Assembly: GCA_964596395.1 (NCBI GenBank)
Contig: CAZQSY010000007.1
Coordinates: forward strand, 1-35,484
From: an uncultured Candidatus Saccharibacteria bacterium
GTDB lineage: Bacteria; Patescibacteriota; Minisyncoccia; Phycocordibacterales; UBA9973
DNA length: 35,484 nucleotides
Direction of reading: 5' to 3'
Positions 8,804 to 16,651 of the stretch are shown here, piece after piece (the stretch's first letter is position 1; each line of letters starts with the position of its first letter). The notes under the pieces are model-generated. The model was not told where the DNA came from, made no database searches, and saw only the letters and a program-made list of their open reading frames with translations. A program made the translations under genes and the position numbers.

Positions 8804-10066
8804 ATGAAAAATATTCCAGGCAAAAAACGAATCGTGGTGGTGGGCGGAGGGTTCGGCGGGGTATACACCCTGAAAAATCTTTCGAAATTCATCAGCCGGC
8901 GCGAGCGCAAGAATCTGCATATCACGCTCATCGGCGAGAAAAACCATTTTCTGTTTACTCCGCTTTTGCACGAGGTGGCTACCGGCGGCCTGTCTCCGGC
9001 GAGCGCAATCGAGCCGGTGCGGAAAGTGCTGAGAAAATGCGCTGACGATTTCTATTTAGGCCGCGCAAATAAAATAAACACCAAAAATAAAACTGTCGAG
9101 GTCGGCCCGAATACCGTGCCTTACGATATCTTAGTGCTCGCCCTGGGCGCCAAGACGAATTTTTACGGCATACCGGGAGCGGAAGAAAATTCTTTCACCC
9201 TTAAATCGGCAGAGGATGCCTTAAAGCTCAAGAATCACATAATCGAGCAGGTAGAAAAGGCCGCGCACACGGAGGATTTATCCGCGCGAAAAAAGGCGCT
9301 CTCTTTCGTGATTGTCGGCGGCGGCCCCACCGGCGTGGAGCTTTCCGCCGAAATATCGGAGCTTCTGAAGAAAAATTTTTCCCGCTACTTCGACAAAGAT
9401 ATGATTTCCTCGGCTTCGGTTACGCTGGTGGAAAAGGAGAGGGAGCTTCTGCCGACGTTTCTTTCACAGATCCGTCGAAAAAGTTTACAGGTTTTAAATA
9501 AAAAAGGCGTGGAGGTTTTGTTCGGCGCCGAAGTCGAGAAAATCTCCGATTCGCGCGTTTATCTGAAAAGCGGAGAAAAAATTGAAACAGAAACCGTCGT
9601 TTGGGTGGCCGGGATAAAGCCGGTAGAAATTGATTTCGACACAGAGGTCTCGGAATGGAAATACGGCCGGCTGATGGTAAACAAATTTTTGCAGCTCGCC
9701 GGGCACGAAAATATTTTCGCTCTGGGAGACGGCGCCGCTTTCAAAGCGGCGAGTGGAAGTGTTTTCCTTCCCGCTATGGCCCAAGTGGCGGTAGAAGAAG
9801 CGCGAGCAACGGCCGAAAATATTTCTCTCCTGCTTCGGGGAGAAAAAATGAAGCCCTTCGTGTACAGGCACAAAGGAGAAATGCTTTCGCTCGGGCAATG
9901 GTTCGCCGTCGGCGAGATCCGCCGTTTTGTCTTTTGGGGGCATTTGGCCTGGTGGGTGTGGCGGACTTTCTATCTTTCCAAAATGATTTCTTTCCGCAAA
10001 AAAGCGCGCGTGGCTATAGAATGGACCCTAAATGCCTTCTCGCCCAGAGATATTTCTAGGTACTAA
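8804..10066 (+). CDS. ndh: Type II NADH dehydrogenase-like FAD oxidoreductase (NDH-2 family)
   Basis: Two dinucleotide-binding motifs (VVVGGGFGGV; FVIVGGGPTGVE). LFTPLLHEVATG is typical of NDH-2, and there is a C-terminal amphipathic/membrane segment. Start set at ATG 8804. Confidence 0.8.
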   Translation: MKNIPGKKRIVVVGGGFGGVYTLKNLSKFISRRERKNLHITLIGEKNHFLFTPLLHEVATGGLSPASAIEPVRKVLRKCADDFYLGRANKINTKNKTVEVGPNTVPYDILVLALGAKTNFYGIPGAEENSFTLKSAEDALKLKNHIIEQVEKAAHTEDLSARKKALSFVIVGGGPTGVELSAEISELLKKNFSRYFDKDMISSASVTLVEKERELLPTFLSQIRRKSLQVLNKKGVEVLFGAEVEKISDSRVYLKSGEKIETETVVWVAGIKPVEIDFDTEVSEWKYGRLMVNKFLQLAGHENIFALGDGAAFKAASGSVFLPAMAQVAVEEARATAENISLLLRGEKMKPFVYRHKGEMLSLGQWFAVGEIRRFVFWGHLAWWVWRTFYLSKMISFRKKARVAIEWTLNAFSPRDISRY

Positions 10067-10087
10067 GAGCTCAATATAGTTATCCAC

Positions 10088-10111
10088 AACCTGCTGTTTG
10101 CAGGTTTTTTT
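10088..10111 (+). terminator. Rho-independent terminator after ndh
   Basis: AACCTGC-tgttt-GCAGGTT followed by TTTTT. Confidence 0.65.
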
Positions 10112-10132
10112 GATTCCTTTATAATATTAACC

Positions 10133-10170
10133 AAGTGGGAAAAAGTGGGAAAAAAGTGTAAAAGTGTTTT
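10133..10170 (+). promoter_or_regulatory. Putative MraZ operator (tandem GTGGG/GTGT repeats)
   Basis: GTGGG at 10135 and 10145, GTGTA at 10156 and GTGTT at 10164, giving 10-, 11- and 8-nt phasing. They lie 45-80 nt upstream of mraZ. MraZ is known to bind direct repeats of this kind in its own promoter. Confidence 0.55.
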
Positions 10171-10212
10171 TTGAATATAAATTAAAAGGGTTTTTGAAGG
10201 GCAGGAATCAAC

Positions 10213-10683
10213 ATGCTAATCGGGGAATACATCCACACGATTGACGACAAGAACAGGGTTTCAATGCCTTTCAAATTTCGCAAGGAGCTCGGCAAGAAAG
10301 TGGTCATAACGCCCGGCCTTGAATCGTGTCTCTTTGTTTTTACCGCCGCGGAGTGGAAGAAGGTCTCGAAAAAACTCTCCGGCTCTGATGCAGAACTTTC
10401 TTTCTTAAAAGCCGACCAGCGAAGTTTCAATCGGTACATGTTCGGACGCGCGGCAGAAGCCGAAATCGATTCAATCGGCAGGGTCTTGATTCCGGATTTT
10501 CTGAAACAAAAAATCGGGCTCAAGGACAAGGCGGCGATAATCGGCGTCGAAGACAGAATTGAAATCTGGAACGAAGAGGCCTGGTCGCAGAACAAGGAGG
10601 CCGTAGAGAAACAGGCGGCGGAGCTGGCAGAACATCTCGGCGGCGGAGAAAAGAATGAAAGAATTTACCGGAAGTTTGCATAA
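10213..10683 (+). CDS. mraZ: Transcriptional regulator MraZ
   Basis: The duplicated SpoVT/AbrB-like halves carry DDKNRVSMPFKFR and DSIGRVLIPDFL. Confidence 0.93.
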   Translation: MLIGEYIHTIDDKNRVSMPFKFRKELGKKVVITPGLESCLFVFTAAEWKKVSKKLSGSDAELSFLKADQRSFNRYMFGRAAEAEIDSIGRVLIPDFLKQKIGLKDKAAIIGVEDRIEIWNEEAWSQNKEAVEKQAAELAEHLGGGEKNERIYRKFA

Positions 10684-11575
10684 GGCAGTTCTTTTAAAAG
10701 AAACAATACAGGGCTTAGGCCTGAAAAAAGGCGCCAGGATTCTGGACGCCACATTCGGCGGCGGGGGACACTCGCTCTATGCGCTCGAGAATTTCCCGGG
10801 GACGGAAGTAACGGCGGTTGACCAGGATGCGGGAGCATGGAAGAGGGCAAAGGGAAAGTTCGCGGGTTTTGAAAAAAGAATTTTTTTCAGAAACATGAAC
10901 TTTCGGGATATAGACAAGCTGGCCCAAGGCGGCTTTGACGCAGTAATCCTCGACTTAGGCATTTCTTCAGACCAGCTCAACCCGAATCCGGCGGCCGGAG
11001 GCGCTTCCGGGAGAGGATTTTCTTTCATGGTATTGAGCGAACCGCTCCTCATGACCATGAAAGAAAATCCTTCTCCGGAGGACCTCTCTGCCATGGATGT
11101 GCTAAACGATTGGAGCGAGCAAACTCTGGCCGACATAATTTACGGCTACGGGGAAGAAAGGTACGCCAGGCGAATCGCCAAAGGCATCGCCGAAGCAAGA
11201 AGAAAGAAAAAAATCGAAACGGTCGGCGACTTAGTCGCGATTATCGAAAGGGCCGTGCCGGCGGGGTACAAGCGAGGCAGGACGCATTTTGCCACCAAGA
11301 CCTTTCAGGCGATTCGAATTGCGGTAAACGATGAACTTCGCGCCCTGAAAGAAGGATTGGAAAAAGGTTTTCAAGTTTTGAAAAAGAACGGGAGAATCGC
11401 GGTAATTTCTTTTCACAGTTTGGAAGACAGAATCGTAAAAAATTTTTACAAGCAAAAAGAAAAGGAGAGTGTCGGAAAAATTATAAATAAAAAGCCCTTG
11501 GTGCCCGGTGAAAAAGAGAGAAAAGAAAACCCGAGGTCAAGAAGCGCAAAACTTAGAATTTTAGAAAAAATATGA
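10655..11575 (+). CDS. rsmH: 16S rRNA (cytosine1402-N4)-methyltransferase RsmH
   Basis: H.AVLL.E....L......LDATFGGGGHS, DLGISS.QL, RGFSF and SFHSLEDRIVK motifs. Position directly after mraZ. Confidence 0.93.
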   Translation: MKEFTGSLHKAVLLKETIQGLGLKKGARILDATFGGGGHSLYALENFPGTEVTAVDQDAGAWKRAKGKFAGFEKRIFFRNMNFRDIDKLAQGGFDAVILDLGISSDQLNPNPAAGGASGRGFSFMVLSEPLLMTMKENPSPEDLSAMDVLNDWSEQTLADIIYGYGEERYARRIAKGIAEARRKKKIETVGDLVAIIERAVPAGYKRGRTHFATKTFQAIRIAVNDELRALKEGLEKGFQVLKKNGRIAVISFHSLEDRIVKNFYKQKEKESVGKIINKKPLVPGEKERKENPRSRSAKLRILEKI

Positions 11576-11925
11576 GAGTGGCAAGTTTAAAAATCAAAAA
11601 TTACGCGGAGAACATGGTTTTTATAGACAGCGGCAACCTGAGAAAGAAAACCCTATACCTCCTGCTATCTGTCCTGTCTGCTTTGGCGGTGGTGTACGTG
11701 ATTTCTCTTTCCAACGTCATCTGGAACGTGCTTGAACGGAAGGCTCTCGAGAAGCGCGCGGTGGCATTGGAAAGCGAAGTGACCAAGCTACAGTCGGAAT
11801 ATCTTTCCGCCGCCCAAAAAATAAATTTGAGCTTAGCCCGCGATATGGGTTTTAGGGAAACACCTTCGAGGTTCGTTTCCCGCAAAACTCTCTTCAGCGC
11901 TTCGGTTCAAAGAAATGAAATCTAA
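11572..11925 (+). CDS. FtsL-like cell division membrane protein
   Basis: 117 aa with a single TM helix (LYLLLSVLSALAVVYVISL) followed by a coiled coil. It occupies the canonical slot between rsmH and ftsI and overlaps both neighbours. Confidence 0.55.
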   Translation: MRVASLKIKNYAENMVFIDSGNLRKKTLYLLLSVLSALAVVYVISLSNVIWNVLERKALEKRAVALESEVTKLQSEYLSAAQKINLSLARDMGFRETPSRFVSRKTLFSASVQRNEI

Positions 11926-13621
11926 TTCTCAGTTTCGAACCAGGATTATTTTCTTTTTCGTTCTGTCTTTTGCCGCGCTTCTGCTCGGCAAGCTTTTTAT
12001 AGTGCAGGTGGTGCACAGCTCGCTCTACAGCGAAAAGGCGGACAGGCAATACTCGTCTCCGTCTTCGGGAGTGTTCGAACGCGGGACGATTTATTTCACC
12101 GACCGCGACGGGTCTCTTTCTCCGGCGGCCGCGCAAAATGCCGGTTTCAAGGCGGCGATAGAACCCTCTAAAATTTTGAATAAAGAAGAGGCCTATGAAA
12201 AATTGTCGGAGGTCTTGGATTTAGACAAGGAAGATTTTTTAACCAAGGCGAGTAAAGAAGGCGACCCGTATGAAGAGATAGCCGTTCGCCTGAGCAGGGA
12301 AGAAGCCGACGCAGTATCGGCGCTCAAAATTCCGGGGGTGTCTATTTTCAAGGAAAAGTGGCGTTTTTATCCTGGCGGCAGTTTGGCTTCGCAGACGCTC
12401 GGCTTCGTGGCATACAAAGGCGCCGAGCTTGCTGGGCGCTACGGGCTCGAGAGGCAATATGACGGCGTGCTCGACAGAAACGGCACAAACCCCTATGTTA
12501 ATTTTTTCGCGGAGGTTTTTTCTGACATCAGCGACGCCTTGTCGGGCGCTCCCGAGCAGGGAGATATCGTGACTTCTATCGAACCTTCGGTGCAGAGGTT
12601 TTTAGAGGACACCCTTTCGGATGTCTGGGGAAAGTATCGCCCCGAATCCGTGGGCGGGCTCATCATGAATCCCGCTACCGGCGAGATATACGCGCTGGGT
12701 TCCGAGCCGAATTTCGACCTGAATAATTTTTCCAAAGAAAAAAACGCGTCCGTTTTCAGCAACCCCTTGGTGGAAGATGTTTTAGAATTCGGTTCGGTGG
12801 TCAAGCCCTTGGTCATGGCTTCGGCTCTGGATGCTGGAGCGGTGAAAGCGTCTACCGTTTACGAAGACAAGGGTTCGGTGACGGTGGAGAAAAAAGAAAT
12901 TTTTAATTTTGACAAAAAGGCCCGCGGGACGGTGAACATGCAGGAAGTTCTGAATCAATCGCTCAACACCGGCATGGTTTTTGTGTACAAAAAGCTCGGC
13001 CGGGAAAAAATGAAAGAATACCTTTTATCTTTTGGCATCAGCGAAAAAACCGGCGTGGATTTGCCAGCCGAGGCCAAAAGCTTGGTTGATAATTTTTTAA
13101 AAAGTCCGCGCGAGATAGAGTACGCCAACGCTTCTTTCGGGCAGGGTATCGCGCTTACGCCGGTCGGCATGATTCGCTCGCTTTCTTCGCTCGGCAACGG
13201 CGGATTTCTGGTGACCCCGCATGTCGTTCGGGAAATCAAACGCAAAAGCGGGCTGTATGATTCTTTAGAGTACGATAAAAAACCGGTAAAAATTTCGAAA
13301 GAAACCGGGGAAGAAATTACCCGCATGCTGGTGAATGTGATGGATAATTCCTTGGGAGGAAAAACGAAATTTCCGCATTACAGCGTGGCGGCCAAGACCG
13401 GTACGGCGCAGGTGGCCGACCGGGTCGCGGGGGGATATTACGAAGACAGGCACAATCATTCGCTTTTCGGGTACTTTCCCGCGTATGACCCCAGGTTTAT
13501 AATTTTTCTGTACGCCGAAAACCCGAAAGGCGTGCGCTATGCGGCCGAAACCTGGTCGGAACCATTTACTTCGGTGGTAAAATTTCTGATAAATTACTAC
13601 GAGGTTCCGCCGGACAGATAG
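11915..13621 (+). CDS. ftsI: Peptidoglycan D,D-transpeptidase (class B PBP, FtsI/PBP2-like)
   Basis: N-terminal TM anchor. Transpeptidase motifs SVVKP (SxxK), SLN (SxN) and KTGTA (KTG). Confidence 0.9.
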   Translation: MKSNSQFRTRIIFFFVLSFAALLLGKLFIVQVVHSSLYSEKADRQYSSPSSGVFERGTIYFTDRDGSLSPAAAQNAGFKAAIEPSKILNKEEAYEKLSEVLDLDKEDFLTKASKEGDPYEEIAVRLSREEADAVSALKIPGVSIFKEKWRFYPGGSLASQTLGFVAYKGAELAGRYGLERQYDGVLDRNGTNPYVNFFAEVFSDISDALSGAPEQGDIVTSIEPSVQRFLEDTLSDVWGKYRPESVGGLIMNPATGEIYALGSEPNFDLNNFSKEKNASVFSNPLVEDVLEFGSVVKPLVMASALDAGAVKASTVYEDKGSVTVEKKEIFNFDKKARGTVNMQEVLNQSLNTGMVFVYKKLGREKMKEYLLSFGISEKTGVDLPAEAKSLVDNFLKSPREIEYANASFGQGIALTPVGMIRSLSSLGNGGFLVTPHVVREIKRKSGLYDSLEYDKKPVKISKETGEEITRMLVNVMDNSLGGKTKFPHYSVAAKTGTAQVADRVAGGYYEDRHNHSLFGYFPAYDPRFIIFLYAENPKGVRYAAETWSEPFTSVVKFLINYYEVPPDR

Positions 13622-13624
13622 ATT

Positions 13625-14917
13625 ATGAAAAATTTTTTTAAAAAACTGGTAACAAATATTTTGCGGGCCGAATCAAGGATGGTGCTGAAAAAGTACAAGC
13701 CCAAAATCGTCGCCATTACCGGTTCGGTGGGGAAGACGTCGACCAAAGACGCGATTTTCGCCGCACTTTCGGGGTTTTCGTACGTTCGGAAAAGCGAAAA
13801 AAGTTACAACAAGGAAATCGGTCTGGCACTTACCGTTTTGGGCATTCCGAACGCCTGTAATAATTTATTTTTATGGTTTCTGAATATCCTGAAAGGCCTG
13901 TGGCTTTTTATCTACCCGCATCGCTACCCCGAATGGCTCGTGCTCGAGGTCGGCGTAGGCAAGCCGGGCGACATGGCGCGCACCGCTTTGTGGCTCGAGA
14001 CCGATGCGGTAGTTATGACCTCTATCGGCGATCTGCCTTCGCACGTTGAATTTTTCGAGTCGCGCAAGCACCTGGTCGAAGAAAAAACCCTGCTTCTGAA
14101 GACCTTGAAAAAAGACGGCATTCTGTTTTTAAACGCCGATGATGAAACGGTCTTGGAACTGAAAGAAAAGACAAAAAACCGGACGCTGTCGTACGGGTTC
14201 GGAGAAAAAGCCGACGTGCGGGGTTCGGGGGAAAATATTTTATATTCGAAAGAAAATGTTCCGGCCGGAATTCTTTTCAGGGTGGATGAAGAAGGCAAGA
14301 GTTTGCCGATAACCATAGAGGGTGTTTTCGGCCGCAATCATGTTTATGCTTCGCTGGCGGCGCTGGCTTTTTGCTCGGGTTTCAAGTTGAACATGGTCGA
14401 AGCGATAGACCGCTTGAAAAACCACAGCGTTCCGCCCGGCCGCATGCGCCTGCTTTTGGGAATCAAAGAGACGCTGATCATAGATGACACGTATAATTCG
14501 TCGCCTCTTGCCTGCGAAGCGGCACTCAAGACACTGGCCGAAATAAAAAACAGCGGGAGGAAAATCGCCGTGCTGGGCGACATGCTCGAGCTCGGCAAAC
14601 ATACCGAAGAAGCGCATCTCAATATAGGCGTTTTGGCGAAAGAGTGCGCGCAAATTTTAGTGACAGTAGGCGGAAGAGCTGAGAAAATCAAAGAAGGCGC
14701 GTTACAGGCGGGAATGGCAGAGGAAAATATCCGTGAATTTTCAAATTCAACCGAAGCGGGGAAGTTTCTGAAGGATTTTGCCGAGCCCGGCGACTTCATT
14801 CTCGTCAAAGGTTCGCAAGCCATGCGCATGGAGCGCGCGGTTTTTGAAATACTTAAAGACAAAGCGAACGCCAAAGACCTCCTTGTACGCCAGGATGATG
14901 AGTGGCTTAAGAGATAG
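13625..14917 (+). CDS. murF: UDP-N-acetylmuramoyl-tripeptide--D-alanyl-D-alanine ligase (Mur ligase)
   Basis: P-loop ITGSVGKTSTKD, Mur ligase middle and C-terminal domains (DDTYNSSP, VLGDMLELG), and the dcw position after ftsI. Confidence 0.82.
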   Translation: MKNFFKKLVTNILRAESRMVLKKYKPKIVAITGSVGKTSTKDAIFAALSGFSYVRKSEKSYNKEIGLALTVLGIPNACNNLFLWFLNILKGLWLFIYPHRYPEWLVLEVGVGKPGDMARTALWLETDAVVMTSIGDLPSHVEFFESRKHLVEEKTLLLKTLKKDGILFLNADDETVLELKEKTKNRTLSYGFGEKADVRGSGENILYSKENVPAGILFRVDEEGKSLPITIEGVFGRNHVYASLAALAFCSGFKLNMVEAIDRLKNHSVPPGRMRLLLGIKETLIIDDTYNSSPLACEAALKTLAEIKNSGRKIAVLGDMLELGKHTEEAHLNIGVLAKECAQILVTVGGRAEKIKEGALQAGMAEENIREFSNSTEAGKFLKDFAEPGDFILVKGSQAMRMERAVFEILKDKANAKDLLVRQDDEWLKR

Positions 14918-15308
14918 GTTGCGCGCAATGTGAACAGCGCTTGGCTTCAATAGGTATCTCTGACAGGCACTCTTTGCATTTTTTCGTCGTCGGGTCGGCC
15001 GGGGGTTCTTTGCGGGCGCGGGAAATGAGCACATTCATCGGTTTGACCACGAAGAAAAACACCGCCGAGGCGACCAGAATGAATGAGATTAGCGCGTTTA
15101 TGAAGTGGCCTATCATAAACTTGCTGCCGTTTATCGTGAACGTGATTTCGGAAAAGTCCGGCACTTTCGCTATGGCCGCAATAAGCGGCGTGAGCAAGTC
15201 GGCGACCAGCGCTGAAACAATAGTGCCGAACGCCGCGCCGACCACCACGCCGACGGCGAGGTCTACTACATTACCCCTCAGCAAAAACTGCTTGAATTCT
15301 TTGAGCAT
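14907..15308 (-). CDS. mscL: Large-conductance mechanosensitive channel MscL with a C-terminal CxxC..CxxC tail
   Basis: MLKEFKQFLLRGNVVDLAVGVVVGAAFG is the MscL signature. The tail KKCKECLSEIPIEAKRCSHCAQPIS looks like a zinc ribbon. Convergent with murF, overlapping it by 11 nt. Confidence 0.92.
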   Translation of the reverse strand: MLKEFKQFLLRGNVVDLAVGVVVGAAFGTIVSALVADLLTPLIAAIAKVPDFSEITFTINGSKFMIGHFINALISFILVASAVFFFVVKPMNVLISRARKEPPADPTTKKCKECLSEIPIEAKRCSHCAQPIS

Positions 15309-15326
15309 AAGAATATTATAACAAAT

Positions 15327-15905
15327 CTAGTTTTTTAATAAATCAAAAAATTCTTTGTGATATCTGTCTTTTAACTGCGCCCAAACTATAGGAGATTTTT
15401 TTTCTATAAAGTTGGCGTCTTCTCTGGCTGTTTTTATATCTTCCTCTAAGGTTCCTTTTGATAGAACTTTAGGTAAAAAAGGCGGCAGGATTTCTAAAAA
15501 CGAACGTTCCGTTCCTATTGCTTCATGCAAGATTTTTGCATTGTTTTTTTCGGTAAGTTCGTTAATTTGGTCAGGATAATAACCGAAATAAGCAGAACAT
15601 GCCTCTTTGTTTTCTTCCTCCAGCGCCGCTGCCAAAATACTTGCCACTCTTTCACTTTCCGCCACCAGAATTTTGCGTAGTTTTTTTAATTCTTTAAGTC
15701 CGAGGTATGTTCCTAGCCAATTATTTAAAAAACGAAAATCAAAATCTTTGTCGAGCGGAATGTCAAACAAGATCGCCTTGCGTCTTTTAAAGAATAAGAG
15801 AATTAACTCGGCCTTGATTACGGGGTCAAAATTTTGTTTCTCAATAAGGCCTACTATTCTTTTCTGTTCTTCCTCTTCTTCTTGCGGATTAAGTTGTTCG
15901 CGCAT
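15327..15905 (-). CDS. Hypothetical protein (192 aa)
   Basis: Clean ATG ORF in an AT-rich segment between mscL and tRNA-Glu(CUC). Acidic N-terminus (EEEEEQ). No recognisable motif. Confidence 0.55.
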   Translation of the reverse strand: MREQLNPQEEEEEQKRIVGLIEKQNFDPVIKAELILLFFKRRKAILFDIPLDKDFDFRFLNNWLGTYLGLKELKKLRKILVAESERVASILAAALEEENKEACSAYFGYYPDQINELTEKNNAKILHEAIGTERSFLEILPPFLPKVLSKGTLEEDIKTAREDANFIEKKSPIVWAQLKDRYHKEFFDLLKN

Positions 15906-15921
15906 ATTTTTAATGCTTCTG

Positions 15922-15993
15922 TGACCTTACTGGGAATCGCACCCAGGTTTGGAGCTTGAGAAGCTCCCGTCCTAACTACTAGACGATAAGGCC
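15922..15993 (-). tRNA. tRNA-Glu (anticodon CUC) with a non-canonical T-loop
   Basis: Reverse complement: acceptor GGCCTTA/TAAGGTC, D arm GTCT-AGTAGTTA-GGAC, anticodon stem GGAGC/GCTCC with loop TTCTCAA, T arm CTGGG-TGCGATT-CCCAG. The T-loop reads TGCGATT, with G where the near-universal U55 is expected. Confidence 0.85.
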
Positions 15994-16005
15994 GGATTAA
16001 AACAA

Positions 16006-16218
16006 TCAAGTTTCTATTTTTCTAAACTCCTGTTTTAAATATTGCTTAGATGTCCTTCTTGTCCTTCTGCTGTTTAATTTTTTTAATTCTCCCGCCTCTC
16101 TTCTCTGTGTCCTGCTTTTGTTTTTTTCAGTATGCAGTTTTTCGTTTAAAAGATGTTTTTTTGAAATCCAGGGGGTTTTTCCATTTTTTTGTACCAGTTG
16201 AAAATTTTCAAATCCCAT
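16006..16218 (-). CDS. Possible small basic protein (70 aa), uncertain
   Basis: ATG at 16218 opens MGFENFQLVQKNGKTPWISKKH...RRTRRTSKQYLKQEFRKIET. There is no convincing SD. The upstream part of the tracked ORF overlaps a terminator hairpin, so it was trimmed. Confidence 0.3.
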   Translation of the reverse strand: MGFENFQLVQKNGKTPWISKKHLLNEKLHTEKNKSRTQRREAGELKKLNSRRTRRTSKQYLKQEFRKIET

Positions 16219-16244
16219 ACTATGGATTTTACAGAATTTTTTGT

Positions 16245-16286
16245 AAAAATCAAATAAAAGGTGGCGCGGACCGCAAGATCCGCGCC
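16245..16286 (-). terminator. Rho-independent terminator of the small Lys-rich ORF
   Basis: On the minus strand, GGCGCGGA-ucuugcgg-UCCGCGCC (plus-strand arms 16263-16270 and 16279-16286) is followed by ACCTTTTATTTGATTTTT. Confidence 0.55.
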
Positions 16287-16296
16287 GTCTCACTAG

Positions 16297-16443
16297 CTAG
16301 TAGGAATTGCGCTTTTCGCGCCATTCCTTCCTAGCTGTCTTTTCCGCCTTTTCCGCTTTCTTCCACTCTTTCTTTTGTTGCTTCTTAACCGCCTTTACAT
16401 CCGAGAGTGGCGCGGATGTTGATTTTTTGGAAAACAGACCCAT
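16297..16443 (-). CDS. Small Lys-rich protein (48 aa), below the ORF-track cutoff
   Basis: GGAGGA sits 4 nt before the ATG (16443). Product: MGLFSKKSTSAPLSDVKAVKKQQKKEWKKAEKAEKTARKEWREKRNSY, with stop TAG. An upstream TTGACA lies at 16534-16539 (minus strand), and its own terminator lies downstream. Confidence 0.45.
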   Translation of the reverse strand: MGLFSKKSTSAPLSDVKAVKKQQKKEWKKAEKAEKTARKEWREKRNSY

Positions 16444-16555
16444 AAGGTCCTCCTGTTTAAGGGTGATAAACAAAAATCACTACACAACAAGCATAGTGAT
16501 TTGTCCATATCTATCAAACCAGAGAGAGAGTTCTGTCAAGTTTTTTGTGGATTTA

Positions 16556-16630
16556 CTATTCCTCTTCCCTCGGCTTCTCGAGTGAAATCGCCGACAGTTC
16601 GGGCGAGGTGCCGGAGATGCTGAGTAGGTC
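16556..16630 (-). pseudogene. Orphan duplicate of the rmuC 3' end (last 24 codons plus stop); left direct repeat of the hicBA cassette
   Basis: By hand alignment, 68 of 75 nt are identical to 17136-17210, including a 49-nt perfect core (16566-16614 = 17146-17194). It translates in frame to DLLSISGTSPELSAISLEKPREEE*, against rmuC DVLRIAGTSPELSAISLEKPREEE*. Confidence 0.85.
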
Positions 16631-16651
16631 TTGCCTAACGCAAACGCAAGA

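Noticed and set aside
16050-16585. Plus-strand ORFs 16050-16334 and 16307-16585 in the AT-rich islet.
   Set aside because: They are Phe/Cys/Leu-rich translations of a T-rich strand. They overlap the better-supported minus-strand small gene, its terminator and its promoter, and have no SD.
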